NCBI GenBank assembly: GCA_050952625.1
Contig: JBMNLH010000001.1
Span: forward strand, 96,001-160,000
Direction: 5' to 3'
DNA length: 64,000 nt
From: Bacillota bacterium
GTDB taxonomy: Bacteria; Bacillota; Ch66; Ch109
Shown piece after piece: positions 1 through 9,495 of the stretch (its first letter is position 1; the number at the start of each line of letters is the position of its first letter). The position numbers and the translations under genes were made by a program. A model generated the notes under the pieces. The model saw nothing but the letters and a program-made list of their open reading frames with translations. It was not told where the DNA came from and did no database searches.

Positions 1-706
1 CCGCAATATTTTCCCCGGCAGCGGTAAACTTAATCCCGAAACTCCGCATCATATCAAACGGAGAACCATAGGTCGGTGAGTTGTGATCAAAATAGTTTTT
101 ATCCCGCATATCTTGAGACTTGATCCGAGCAACTCGAGACAGTTCCGTGTTTAACTTCAGGGGAGCTAGACCAGCTTTCGCTCTTTCGGCATTAGTTAAA
201 TCCAGCACCTGTTGTTCAAAGGAACTGATGTTAGACTGTTCACCAGGCGTTGGTTCACTGGGTGCCGGTTCGCTAGGAGTCGGCTCGTTCGGAGTCGGTT
301 CACTGGGAGTCGGCTCACTAGGCGTCGGTTGACTTGGAGCCGGTTTATTCGGAACCCATTTATCCGTAGGTTGACTTGGCTTTGCTTTACCATTTGTCCA
401 TTGATTATTCGGAGTTAAACGGTATTTGAAGTTAAATTGACAGTTGGCCGAATCGTTTCCCGGCAGGCAGATAATTTGTCCGGCGCAAAGTTGGTCTGCG
501 TTCTTCAGTTGCGGATTGGCTTTTATTAGATCACTAATTTGCAGATTGCATTGATTGGCGATTTTCCACAGCGTATCACCCTGAGCTACTTGGCAGTTGT
601 TTGCTCCAAAGGCTAATGATCCCGGTAAGATCAATGCCAGACTGAGGAGCAGGGCAACTACGATTCTGGGAGGTCTTCTTTTTGGGAACAGGTGCTTTGG
701 CGACAA
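1..706 (-). CDS. LysM + Pro-rich linker + CAP domain protein (SafA/YkwD-like), 3' end runs out of the window
   Basis: Not in the ORF track because it lacks a stop in the window. Hand translation from TTG 706 (RBS GAGGAGGGG) gives a signal peptide, LysM (QGDTLWKIANQ...KANPQL), PTPSE repeats, then CAP (FEQQVLDLTNAERAKAGL...YFDHNSPTYGSPFDMM...GENIA). Confidence 0.9.
   Translation of the reverse strand, partial: MSPKHLFPKRRPPRIVVALLLSLALILPGSLAFGANNCQVAQGDTLWKIANQCNLQISDLIKANPQLKNADQLCAGQIICLPGNDSANCQFNFKYRLTPNNQWTNGKAKPSQPTDKWVPNKPAPSQPTPSEPTPSEPTPNEPTPSEPAPSEPTPGEQSNISSFEQQVLDLTNAERAKAGLAPLKLNTELSRVARIKSQDMRDKNYFDHNSPTYGSPFDMMRSFGIKFTAAGENIA
245..350 (-). repeat. Coding 15-bp tandem repeats (PTPSE-like linker)
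   Basis: Degenerate units such as cactgggagtcggct and cactaggcgtcggtt in frame within the LysM/CAP gene. Confidence 0.85.
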
Positions 707-994
707 GAGAACCCCTCCTCTAAAAAAATATGTTGATAGGCAAAGTCGCTTGTTTCTGACTGCTGCCTACCTGGAAGTTATTCTAAGGTTGTCGGTAAAA
801 AACGTCAATCGGATAAATATTGGTAATAGGGTAGGAATAAACTTGAATGCTTGTCTTTTAACGGTTGATAGGCTAGCAGGTAAATAGTGGCAGGGGCATG
901 GAGCTAACCCGAAGGTTAGCCAAAGATGGGGAATTCATTAAGCAAGAGCCAACAATTGTTGGTGATTATCTTTAACTTACGCTTGTGTTTTAAT

Positions 995-1103
995 TCGGTC
1001 AGCAGACTAAGCTGGGAACGAACCGAGACCGCTTCGAGCAGGCATCAAATCCGCCCAGCGAGCTTAGACATTGATGCCTGCTAATCCTCAGCCGTCTCCG
1101 TTC
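995..1103 (-). repeat. Structured intergenic repeat, copy 1
   Basis: The reverse complement aligns with 3448-3551 and contains the stem GCAGGCATCAA...TTGATGCCTGC and the end GTCTGCTGACCGA. Confidence 0.7.
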
Positions 1104-1117
1104 AGAGCTTATGACAT

Positions 1118-2443
1118 TTATTTTCCCAGCGGGTTGATCACCAGGCCGGTAATCAGCTTGGGATAAAAATAGGTTGATTTTTGCGGCATCTTATCCCCGG
1201 CTGCGGCGACCGCGGTAACCTCCTCCACTTGGGTAGGGTTTAGGAAAAAGGCTAACTGATCAACTCCTGAATTAACCAGATTTAAGGCCTCTTCCTCGCT
1301 TCGGGTATAGGTCAGGTGGTCCTGGTTTTTCCGCTGTTCACTGCCGATTCCGAGCATTTGGTCAAGGATTAAGTTGTCTAAAATTGCTACATCCAAGTTC
1401 CGCCAAGCTGCTGAGCGTTTAGGATCAAGCAGGTCTTGAGGGGAGCATTCTGGTCGCATGGTCAGCAGATACAATACCCGGTCCCGTGAATACATCCCAA
1501 AAGCGTGGCCGGACTTTCCTTTTTCTTCAAGCAGCTTAAAGAAGTCAGTGATGATTTGTTGATTTTCTTCCTTGCCGGCTGGTATCGGAAAGGCTTTTAA
1601 ATCAAAATAGGCATTAAGCTGTTCCTTGAGTCGGGGAAAATCTAGATTGCGGATGTTTTTCACCAGGCGGTGAGTGGGTAGGATCAACATACCGGGATCA
1701 TATAGGTTTACTAAGGTCATTAAAACAGTGTCATAACCGGTTAAACCTTGGGACTGCATTTCCTCGGCGTAGCTCAGAGCCGTTTCGTAACGATGGTGGC
1801 CATCCGCGATATAGACCGGCTTATTGGCCATATAATTGACTACTGTAGTTAGTGCCGTGGGATCGGTAATCACCCAGAGTCGATGGGTCTCTCCAGCCTC
1901 ATCGGTGAATTCCACATCAGCTGGCCTGTTTTGTCGCGCTTCGCTTAAGGTTTGATTAATTAAATTTTCAGCGTCTGCATACAGACCAAAGACTGGGCTG
2001 AAGTTTGCTTGACAGGCCCGCATTAGCTGTAATCGATCAGCCTTGGGTTTGGAGAGAGTTTCTTCATGCGGTAAAATATTTCCTTTGGAATAAGGTTCCA
2101 GATGAATTCCACAAATAAAACCGGTGCGAACCTTTTTTTCCCCACGCAGGTCAAATTCTTGTTCGTACAAGTATAAGGCCGGTTTTTCTTCTCGAACCAG
2201 GATTTCTTCTTCTTGCCAGCGGGTAAAATAGCTGGCAGCTCTAGTGTAACGGTTATTTTTTTCATCATCCTGCGCAAAAATTTGCCCTAATTCAAGGCGG
2301 ATAATGTTACTGGGATCGTTAGCATAATAGCGAGCTTGAGCAACACTGTCGATAATATCATACGGCGGGGTAACTACCTGAGAAAGGTCTCCAACCTTGG
2401 CTCGGTTGTAGCGGATTCCCCGAATGGGAATGACAGTAGCCAT
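1118..2443 (-). CDS. DUF1015 family protein
   Basis: Motifs TPPYDII, ILPHEET, IADGHHRYETA and KMPQKSTYFYPKL are typical of DUF1015. Confidence 0.9.
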   Translation of the reverse strand: MATVIPIRGIRYNRAKVGDLSQVVTPPYDIIDSVAQARYYANDPSNIIRLELGQIFAQDDEKNNRYTRAASYFTRWQEEEILVREEKPALYLYEQEFDLRGEKKVRTGFICGIHLEPYSKGNILPHEETLSKPKADRLQLMRACQANFSPVFGLYADAENLINQTLSEARQNRPADVEFTDEAGETHRLWVITDPTALTTVVNYMANKPVYIADGHHRYETALSYAEEMQSQGLTGYDTVLMTLVNLYDPGMLILPTHRLVKNIRNLDFPRLKEQLNAYFDLKAFPIPAGKEENQQIITDFFKLLEEKGKSGHAFGMYSRDRVLYLLTMRPECSPQDLLDPKRSAAWRNLDVAILDNLILDQMLGIGSEQRKNQDHLTYTRSEEEALNLVNSGVDQLAFFLNPTQVEEVTAVAAAGDKMPQKSTYFYPKLITGLVINPLGK

Positions 2444-2582
2444 AATATCCTCCTTATCCCTTGTCAGTACAAAGCCTAACCTATTTTAGTATAAGTTTAG
2501 CTGTAATTCAATGGGTTCGAAAATTAGCAAAACGAAAAGATTTTTGGTAAAATGCAAGAAGACTAAGTGGAATAAGGGTGGA

Positions 2583-3354
2583 ATGGGACAGGTGTTAGTT
2601 GATTACCATATTCATGGGATCGGCCATCGGACCAATAAACATACAGCTCCGGAACTAGCTAAGTATATTGAGCAGGGGATAGCCCAAAACTTGACCGAAA
2701 TTGGTTTTGCCGATCATGATGAATATCTGCTCGAACTAGATTTTTCAAGTTTTCTTTACCTGCAAAAGCGTTATTCGCAAATCAGGCTTCGCCTTGGCTT
2801 GGAAGTTGATTATCGACCGGGACAGGAAATACTGTTGAACCAGCGGCTAGCACCCTATCAATTCGACTACCTGATCGGGTCGATCCATTTTATCGGTGAT
2901 TGGCCTTTCGATCATCCAGCTTATACCGCCGGGTATGCTGCCTGGGACATTGATGAATTGTACAAGACATATTTTTCATTAGTCACCCAGATGGTGAGAT
3001 CCGGGCAGTTTGATATTGTGGGACACCTGGATCTGATCAAAGTTTTTGGCTACCGACCACGACGTTCGGTCCTCGACTTGGCCGGTTCGACCCTGTCAGC
3101 TATCCAAGAAAGCGGAATGACGGTAGAAATTAATACGGCTGGTTGGTACAAGCCGGTGGGTGAGGTCTACCCGACCCGGGAACTCCTGGAGGAATGCTTC
3201 CGTTTAGGAATTCCAATTACTTTGAGCTCGGACGCGCATGCGGCCCAAGATGTCGGACGAGATATTGCGTGGGGCCCGCGAAATGGCCTGGGCCGTCGGC
3301 TACCGGCAGGTCGCGGTATTTGAAAAGCGACAGAGGAGTCTGCTGCCTTTGTGA
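2583..3354 (+). CDS. HisJ-family PHP phosphatase (histidinol phosphatase-like); +1 frameshift near 3271
   Basis: Motifs DYHIH, FADH, GLEVD, GSIH, GHLD, EINT, SSDAH. Removing one G from the GGGG at 3271-3274 restores a typical end (AREMAWAVGYRQVAVFEKRQRSLLPL*, TGA 3352-3354). Confidence 0.85.
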
Positions 3355-3447
3355 GTAGACTCTCATATCACTAAGCAGCCACCAGAACAGGCAAAATTAA
3401 TCGCGCCGTGTTTTAACGCGGATCAGCGATTGATGGTCTGCATCAGC

Positions 3448-3551
3448 GAACAGCGGCGGAGGAGGATCTGCCGGCATCACTGGAGCCTGAAGGGCGAGCT
3501 TGATGCTGGCTCTAAGCGATAGGTCCGATCACAACCTGGTCTGCTGACCGA
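3448..3551 (+). repeat. Structured intergenic repeat, copy 2
   Basis: Homologous to the reverse complement of 995-1103; stem GCCGGCATCA...TGATGCTGGC. Confidence 0.7.
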
Positions 3552-3608
3552 GTGATAACACAAGAATTTCGAATACATAAAAATTACTATGAAAGGAGTA
3601 GACTGATT

Positions 3609-3962
3609 ATGTTGGCTTATGATACAGCTCATCGTTTAGCCCGGGAACTAACTGAAACCGAGGAGTATCAGGCACTGATTCAGGCTCGGGATAAGGTTTA
3701 TGAGTCAGAGGCCAATAAGACGATGCTGGAAGACTTTCAGAAAAAACAAACCGAATTAAACAAGGCGCACCTAGCTGGGGAACAAATCCCGCCGGAAAAG
3801 GTTGAGCAATTGCAAAAATTAATGGAAGTGATGATGATGAATCCGGTGATCAGGGATTATCGAATCGCCGAACTAAAAATAGTCCGGCTGATGGGAGACA
3901 TTGAAAAAATCCTCTGGGATGCGGTCAGGCCGGGTTTGATCTTCACCGAGGGAATGGAGTAG
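3609..3962 (+). CDS. YlbF/YmcA (RicA/RicF-like) family regulator
   Basis: YDTAHRLARELTETEEY...NPVIRDY pattern; RBS AAAGGAG upstream of ATG 3609. Confidence 0.85.
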   Translation: MLAYDTAHRLARELTETEEYQALIQARDKVYESEANKTMLEDFQKKQTELNKAHLAGEQIPPEKVEQLQKLMEVMMMNPVIRDYRIAELKIVRLMGDIEKILWDAVRPGLIFTEGME

Positions 3963-4042
3963 TCACGCTTTAGTAACCTCAGTTTCCTTAATTAGCCACC
4001 CACGTTCCAAGGACACAACTATCTATGAAAATAGCGGACATA

Positions 4043-4111
4043 TGTCATCCTGAGCGTTAGCGAGGGTCTTCCTTCTCAGCGTGACAGGATTCTTGTTTCA
4101 CCAGAATAACA
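4043..4111. repeat. Degenerate REP-like palindromic element (TGTCATCCTGAGCG...AGAATAACA)
   Basis: Resembles the widespread TGTCATCCTGAGCGAAGCGAAGGATCT...CAGAATGACA palindromic repeat type; the ends are imperfectly complementary. Confidence 0.55.
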
Positions 4112-4159
4112 CGATATTAAAACTATTTATCAAAACCATTTTCTTTTTAAAACCACTTA

Positions 4160-4195
4160 ACCTGGAGGCATACAATATATCTCCGGGTTTTTTGT
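4160..4195 (+). terminator. Intrinsic terminator
   Basis: CCTGGAG...CTCCGGG stem followed by a T-tract. Confidence 0.55.
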
Positions 4196-4260
4196 TTACG
4201 AATCGAAGAAAATCTTTATAATTATTGTTGTTTAAAGTCGCGAATAAGGGGGACAGAGGA

Positions 4261-5121
4261 TTGTATCAAATTGTCGGAAAAAAAGTACTGGCTCCAGGGA
4301 TCAAACGTTTTGAGGTGGCAGCCCCGTTAGTAGCCCGGAATGCCCAGGCCGGTCAGTTTATTATGCTGCGGTTAGACGAGTATGGGGAGAGGATTCCCTT
4401 AACCATTGCTGATTTGGACCCGGATCAAGGGACCGTTACGATAATTGTTCAAGAGATCGGAAAAAGCACTGAATTGCTCGGCCGACTGGAGGCGGGCGAC
4501 TTTATCCTTGACTTTGTCGGACCGCTGGGTAAACCCTCACATATTAAAAAATTTGGGCGAGTAGTCATGATTGGCGGAGGGGTAGGTATTGCGCCGATCC
4601 ATCCCATCGCTCGGGAAATGAAACGAGCCGGCAACGAGGTGATATCGGTTCTAGGGACGCGCAGCCGTGAGTTACTGATTATGGAAGAGGAAATGAAGCT
4701 GGCCAGCACAGAAGTGCTCATTACCACCGATGATGGGTCATATGGCCGTCAGGGTTTTGTCACTGATGTGCTCAAAGATCTGATTGCCAATCGAGGACCG
4801 CTAGACTTAGTAGTTGCGATTGGCCCAATGGTCATGATGGAAGCGGTCTGTCGGGTAACCCGGGGGCCGGGAATTCCGACCGTTGTTAGTCTTAACCCGA
4901 TTATGGTGGACGGGACCGGGATGTGCGGGGCGTGTCGGGTTCAGGTCGGGTCGGACACGAAGTTTGCCTGCGTTGACGGACCAGAATTTGACGGACACCT
5001 GGTCGATTGGGAACTGGCCAAACGTCGGGCCCGCCTGTTCATCCAAGAGGAAAAACGAGCCGTCGCCGAACACGCGGCCAAACGGGAGAGGGGGAGATGT
5101 GGATGCGGCTGCCATCAGTAG
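4261..5121 (+). CDS. nfnA: NfnA-like (PyrK/SudB-type) FAD/[2Fe-2S] subunit of electron-bifurcating transhydrogenase
   Basis: GERIPLTIAD, GGGVGIAP and MVDGTGMCGACRV...CVDGPEFD motifs; paired with the NfnB-like gene. Confidence 0.85.
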   Translation: MYQIVGKKVLAPGIKRFEVAAPLVARNAQAGQFIMLRLDEYGERIPLTIADLDPDQGTVTIIVQEIGKSTELLGRLEAGDFILDFVGPLGKPSHIKKFGRVVMIGGGVGIAPIHPIAREMKRAGNEVISVLGTRSRELLIMEEEMKLASTEVLITTDDGSYGRQGFVTDVLKDLIANRGPLDLVVAIGPMVMMEAVCRVTRGPGIPTVVSLNPIMVDGTGMCGACRVQVGSDTKFACVDGPEFDGHLVDWELAKRRARLFIQEEKRAVAEHAAKRERGRCGCGCHQ

Positions 5122-6542
5122 ATGAATTAAAGAAAGCGGCGAAAAGCACCACCAAACGGCCTATGCCCAGCCAGGACCCCCAATTGCGGGTGAAAAATTT
5201 TCGGGAGGTTGCCCTGGGGTATACTGAGGAGGATGCCCTCCTGGAAGCCAGCCGATGTCTCAATTGTAAAAAAGAATACTGCCGGGAGGGTTGTCCGGTT
5301 GAAATTGATATTCCGGCTTTTATTAAACGAATAAAAGAACAGGACTATTTGGGAGCGGCCCGGACAATTAAAGAAAAGAGCAGCCTGCCGGCAATCTGCG
5401 GTCGGGTTTGTCCCCAGGAAAGCCAGTGTGAAAAGTATTGCGTCCGCGGCCAAAAAGGTGAGCCAGTAGCCATTGGCCGGTTGGAACGGTTTGTGGCTGA
5501 TTACGAGTTAGCTCACGGCAGTTCAGCGGCCGGCAGTCTGGAAAAGCCGGTCAGCAACGGGCACCGGGTGGCCGTGGTGGGTTCGGGTCCAGCGGGTTTA
5601 ACGGTTGCCGGTGATCTGGCCCGCAAAGGTTATGCCGTAACCATATTTGAAGCCTTGCACGTGGCTGGCGGGGTGCTAATGTATGGGATTCCTGAGTTTC
5701 GACTTCCCAAAACAATCGTGCAGCGGGAGATTGAAGGGATCCGGCAGTTGGGAGTAGATATTCAAACCAATGTGGTCGTCGGCCGAACCATTACCGTGGA
5801 ACAGCTTTTAAGCGAAGGGTATGAGGCAGTCTTTGTGGGTACCGGGGCTGGCTTACCGTATTTTATGGGGATTCCGGGAGAGAACCTGAATGGCGTCTAT
5901 TCGGCCAATGAGTTTTTAACCCGGGTCAACTTAATGAAGGGCTATCTTTTCCCGCAGTACCTGACCCCGGTCAAAGTCGGCCGCCGGGTCGCGGTCCTGG
6001 GAGCCGGCAATGTGGCGATGGACGCAGCCCGCACTGCCTTACGGTTGGGGGCGGAAGAGGTTTATATTGTCTATCGCCGGTCCGAAGCGGAGATGCCGGC
6101 CCGGCACGAAGAGATCGAATGTGCCAAAGAAGAAGGGGTGCAATTCAGGCTGTTAACCAACCCAGTCGCCATCAATGGCGATCAGGAAGGTTGGGTTAAA
6201 AAACTGGTTTGCCTCCGTTATGAACTGGGCGAACCAGATGAATCCGGCCGACGTTCCCCCATCCCCATCCCTGGCTCCGAGCACAGTCTGGAAGTGGAGA
6301 CCGTGGTGGTAGCGATCGGCCAGGGGCCAAACCCATTAGTTGCTTCGACTACCGAAGGGCTGGCGGTTAACAAGCGGGGTAATATTGTGGCCGATGAAAA
6401 TGGTCAGACTTCACGGCCAAGGGTGTTTGCCGGGGGGGACATCGTGACCGGCTCGGCAACCGTTATTCTAGCCATGGGTGCCGGGAAAAAAGCAGCCGTC
6501 GCCATTGACCGGGCCTTACGCGAGGGGAGAGGAGAGTACTAA
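5103..6542 (+). CDS. nfnB: NfnB-like (GltD/SudA-type) flavo-Fe-S subunit
   Basis: EASRCLNC...C...GCP, CGRVCPQESQCE, GSGPAG, GAGNVAMD and FAGGDIVTG motifs. No glutamate synthase large subunit nearby. Confidence 0.85.
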   Translation: MRLPSVDELKKAAKSTTKRPMPSQDPQLRVKNFREVALGYTEEDALLEASRCLNCKKEYCREGCPVEIDIPAFIKRIKEQDYLGAARTIKEKSSLPAICGRVCPQESQCEKYCVRGQKGEPVAIGRLERFVADYELAHGSSAAGSLEKPVSNGHRVAVVGSGPAGLTVAGDLARKGYAVTIFEALHVAGGVLMYGIPEFRLPKTIVQREIEGIRQLGVDIQTNVVVGRTITVEQLLSEGYEAVFVGTGAGLPYFMGIPGENLNGVYSANEFLTRVNLMKGYLFPQYLTPVKVGRRVAVLGAGNVAMDAARTALRLGAEEVYIVYRRSEAEMPARHEEIECAKEEGVQFRLLTNPVAINGDQEGWVKKLVCLRYELGEPDESGRRSPIPIPGSEHSLEVETVVVAIGQGPNPLVASTTEGLAVNKRGNIVADENGQTSRPRVFAGGDIVTGSATVILAMGAGKKAAVAIDRALREGRGEY

Positions 6543-6594
6543 ATCCTGAATATATCATTTCGCAAGTAGCGTGAGAATTGAATTCCTTGCTAAA

Positions 6595-6640
6595 TGGGCC
6601 TGAGACGGGAGTTAACCGGCTTCAGGCTCATTTTTTTGTT
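6595..6640 (+). terminator. Intrinsic terminator after nfnAB
   Basis: TGGGCCTGA...TCAGGCTCA stem followed by TTTTTTT. Confidence 0.65.
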
Positions 6641-6780
6641 TATCATATAACCTGAAGTGTGGGTAAGATGGTAAACTATAACGAATGGTTATGTATCAGT
6701 TCACCTCAAACCAACACTTGTTTTCCGAAAAAGCGTATAATCAAGGGTAAACTATTTTATAATGGCTTAGCATTTTTCAA

Positions 6781-6810
6781 GAAGTGGGAGTCTTTTGATT
6801 CAGATCAAAA
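6781..6810 (+). repeat. Partial end of the dispersed palindromic element
   Basis: GAAGTGGGAGTCTTTTGATTCAGATCAAAA is identical to 57116-57145. Confidence 0.7.
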
Positions 6811-6859
6811 CAGTTTCGAAATTCAGCCAGTTGGTAAATCATTGACTGGGGGTATTAGT

Positions 6860-8014
6860 TTGATCTATTTAGATAATGCGGCTACCTCCTGGCCCAAGCC
6901 AGAGGTTGTCTATCAGGCGGCCGATCAGTGCCTGAGGGAATATGGAGCTAACCCCGGTCGGGGCGGTCATCGGTTATCCCTGCAGGCGGGACGGATGATT
7001 TTAGAGACCAGAGAACTGCTGGCGACTCTTTTTAATATTCCAGATTCATCCCGGATCATCTTTACCGGTAACGTTACCGAAGCCCTGAACTTAGCCATTA
7101 AAGGGTGGCTGCGGCCGGGTGATCATCTGGTCATGACCTCCATGGAACATAATGCTGTGGCTCGGCCGGTTTTCGGCCTTCAAGAACTGGGGGTTAGTCA
7201 TTCTGTGGTTCAGTGTTCACCGGAAGGTCGGTTAGCTGTGCGCGATCTGGAAAAAAGCCTGCGCCCAAACACCCGGTTAATCTGCATTAATCATGCTTCC
7301 AATGTAACGGGGACTATTCAGCCGCTTGAAGAAATTGGCGATCTGGCGGCGCGGAAAGGGATACCGTTGCTGGTAGATTGCGCTCAGACCGCCGGCGTGC
7401 TGCCGATAGATGTTGAAAAGTGTCAGATAAGTTTGTTGGCTTTTACTGGTCACAAAGGTTTGTTCGGCCCTCCGGGGACCGGCGGGTTGTATATTGCCGA
7501 GGGAATCAACCTGAGACCGCTTAAAGAAGGTGGGACCGGCAGCAAATCGGAACTGTTGTCACAGCCTGAAGACCTGCCCGAACGGTTTGAAAGCGGTACC
7601 CCTAATACCTCTGGTCTGGCCGGACTAGGAGCTGGAGTTAAGTTTATTCTCGATCAAGGAATAGACACAATCCGACGGCATGAACAGGAATTAACCCGAC
7701 AGCTTCTGGATGGGCTGCAGCGGCTAGAGGGAGTAACCATTTACGGGCCGAGAGATTATACAGAACAGACCGCGGTTATTTCTTTGAATATCGAGGGTCG
7801 GGATGCGGCGGAATTCAGTTTTTTATTAGACCATTTATTTGATATTGCAACGAGAGCTGGTTTGCACTGCGCCCCCTTAGCCCATCAAACCCTGGGTACC
7901 CTGGAAACCGGCACCCTGCGGCTCAGTCCGGGTTACTTTAATACCGCAGAAGAAATGAATGTTCTGCTAGAGGCCCTGCATTCAATTGTCAAGGATCAGT
8001 CGCCGGGGCGATAA
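6860..8014 (+). CDS. Cysteine desulfurase family (class V aminotransferase)
   Basis: IYLDNAATSWPKP, MEHNAV, DCAQTAG, FTGHKGL (PLP Lys) and RAGLHCAP (catalytic Cys). Confidence 0.9.
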   Translation: MIYLDNAATSWPKPEVVYQAADQCLREYGANPGRGGHRLSLQAGRMILETRELLATLFNIPDSSRIIFTGNVTEALNLAIKGWLRPGDHLVMTSMEHNAVARPVFGLQELGVSHSVVQCSPEGRLAVRDLEKSLRPNTRLICINHASNVTGTIQPLEEIGDLAARKGIPLLVDCAQTAGVLPIDVEKCQISLLAFTGHKGLFGPPGTGGLYIAEGINLRPLKEGGTGSKSELLSQPEDLPERFESGTPNTSGLAGLGAGVKFILDQGIDTIRRHEQELTRQLLDGLQRLEGVTIYGPRDYTEQTAVISLNIEGRDAAEFSFLLDHLFDIATRAGLHCAPLAHQTLGTLETGTLRLSPGYFNTAEEMNVLLEALHSIVKDQSPGR

Positions 8015-8098
8015 CCCGAGGCAACTAGATCCGGGGATAAGGATAAATCAAACGGTTCTCTTTTACCGTCTTACTCTTAAATAAACAGGTGATAAGAT

Positions 8099-8359
8099 AT
8101 GGCTAACGAAAACCTGGCTTATACAGTATTTACTTTCGTCTCCACCCACCATGCCTTGAAAGCCGAGCAGGTTCTGAAACAGGAACGCCTTCAAGGGACG
8201 ATTATGCCAGTGCCCCGCGAATTATCTTCCTTATGTGGACTAGCTATTCGTGTTGAGCCGGGCCTGCGCGAGCAAGTGGAATCCGTCTTACGCAACAAAG
8301 GGGTCGGAATAGATGAAATAGTCGAGTTGAAACCGCGCTTTAGACCGAAACATCAATGA
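8099..8359 (+). CDS. DUF3343-type putative Se/S carrier-like protein
   Basis: FTFVSTHHALKAE...PVPRELSSLCGLAIR motif; lies next to a desulfurase. Confidence 0.8.
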   Translation: MANENLAYTVFTFVSTHHALKAEQVLKQERLQGTIMPVPRELSSLCGLAIRVEPGLREQVESVLRNKGVGIDEIVELKPRFRPKHQ

Positions 8360-8504
8360 ACTCGTCAAGCTTCACGGAAAAGCTTTATTCACTGAAATTC
8401 TTGGATAGTGCCGAACATCGATCCGGTTTTCAACTCAGATAATCAATAACCTTGAGCTAGCCCGCGGATTATAGACTTATTCAGAGATTTGTGCTACTCT
8501 AAAA

Positions 8505-8616
8505 AGTGAACTATTCAGCTTCGCTGAACACCGAGGCTTCAGATGGAGACTTTACTTCACCTGAAGCTGTAACCAAAGCAACCCACTTACAGAAGCGGGA
8601 GTCTTGTGATTCCGAT
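8505..8616 (+). mobile_element. Dispersed ~110-135 bp palindromic element (IS200/IS605-end-like MITE), copy A
   Basis: AGTGAAC..TTCAGCTTCGCTGAA..CTTCAGATGGAG..CACCTGAAG..CCCACTTA..GGGAGTCTT; homologous to 10441-10579, 13703-13814 and 18626-18712. Confidence 0.65.
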
Positions 8617-8739
8617 GAATTATATAATTATTCGGCATGAATCGTTGAAACAGGAATATCTTTGAGGTATTCTTTCATAAGGAAAGGAACGAGGAAAGGA
8701 ACGGTCGATAATGCGTAATGGAAAGGAGACCGTGAGAAA

Positions 8740-9495
8740 ATGCTTGAATTACGCTCTGTTAGCCTGACTTTAGGCAACGGAAATGGCGGCAGCAAAGAGG
8801 TTTTGAGCCAAATAGACCTCACTTTGGAAGACGGCAAATTTTACGCGGTCACCGGGCCTAATGGCGGAGGGAAAACCTCTTTGGCTAAGGTCATTATGGG
8901 TATTTATCAACCGACAGCTGGTCGGATTTACTATAAAGGGGAAGATATTACGGATCTTAGTATTACGGAACGATCCCAGCGGGGGATCGCCTACGCTTTT
9001 CAACAGCCGCCTCGCTTTAAGGGAGTACGGGTTAGAGATTTATTGAGCATTGCCGCTAATAATTCGTTAAACGAGAAAGAATATCACTGTCTGATGCACG
9101 AAGTCGGTCTCTGTCCGGAAGACTACTTGAATCGAGAGATTGATTCGAGCCTGTCCGGTGGCGAAATGAAACGAATTGAGATTGCTTCCTTGTTGGCCCG
9201 TCCGGCAGAGGTCTGTATTTTTGATGAACCGGAGGCCGGGGTCGACTTGTGGACCCTCCGGCAGCTAGTCATGATGATTATTGAACGGCACCATCTGCGC
9301 AATATTACGACCCTAACGATTACCCATAATGAACGTTTCTTGTCAATGGCTGATGAAGTCCTGCTGCTGGCTGAAGGACAGATTAAAGAACGAGGCAAGA
9401 GAGATAAGGTTTGGCCGCTGATCAAGGACGATATCGCCTGTCAATGGAGACAGAAGTGTGGAGGCGAGGCTAGTGACCCTGACTGCTATCGATAA
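8740..9495 (+). CDS. sufC: SufC-like ABC ATPase (minimal Suf/SMS type)
   Basis: GPNGGGKT, FQQPPRFKG, LSGGEMKRIE, FDEPEAG; Cys-containing C-terminus; overlaps the SufB-like gene. Confidence 0.8.
   Translation: MLELRSVSLTLGNGNGGSKEVLSQIDLTLEDGKFYAVTGPNGGGKTSLAKVIMGIYQPTAGRIYYKGEDITDLSITERSQRGIAYAFQQPPRFKGVRVRDLLSIAANNSLNEKEYHCLMHEVGLCPEDYLNREIDSSLSGGEMKRIEIASLLARPAEVCIFDEPEAGVDLWTLRQLVMMIIERHHLRNITTLTITHNERFLSMADEVLLLAEGQIKERGKRDKVWPLIKDDIACQWRQKCGGEASDPDCYR

Noticed and set aside
120-887. Short ORFs 120-332, 196-393, 212-418 and 597-887, and other antisense ORFs overlapping well-supported genes
   Set aside because: They are shadows of the real genes and carry no recognisable motifs.
893-932. 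c-di-GMP or c-di-AMP riboswitch upstream of the LysM/CAP gene
   Set aside because: Only a GCTAACC-CGAA-GGTTAGC hairpin is present; the conserved aptamer blocks were not found.
3260-3354. Programmed frameshifting or true pseudogenes at HisJ, DUF763 and 49126
   Set aside because: These are single-base indels, mostly in homopolymers, with otherwise intact frames. Sequencing error is more parsimonious; reads are needed to decide.
5103-6542. Glutamate synthase small subunit
   Set aside because: There is no large subunit, and pairing with a PyrK-like gene fits NfnAB better.
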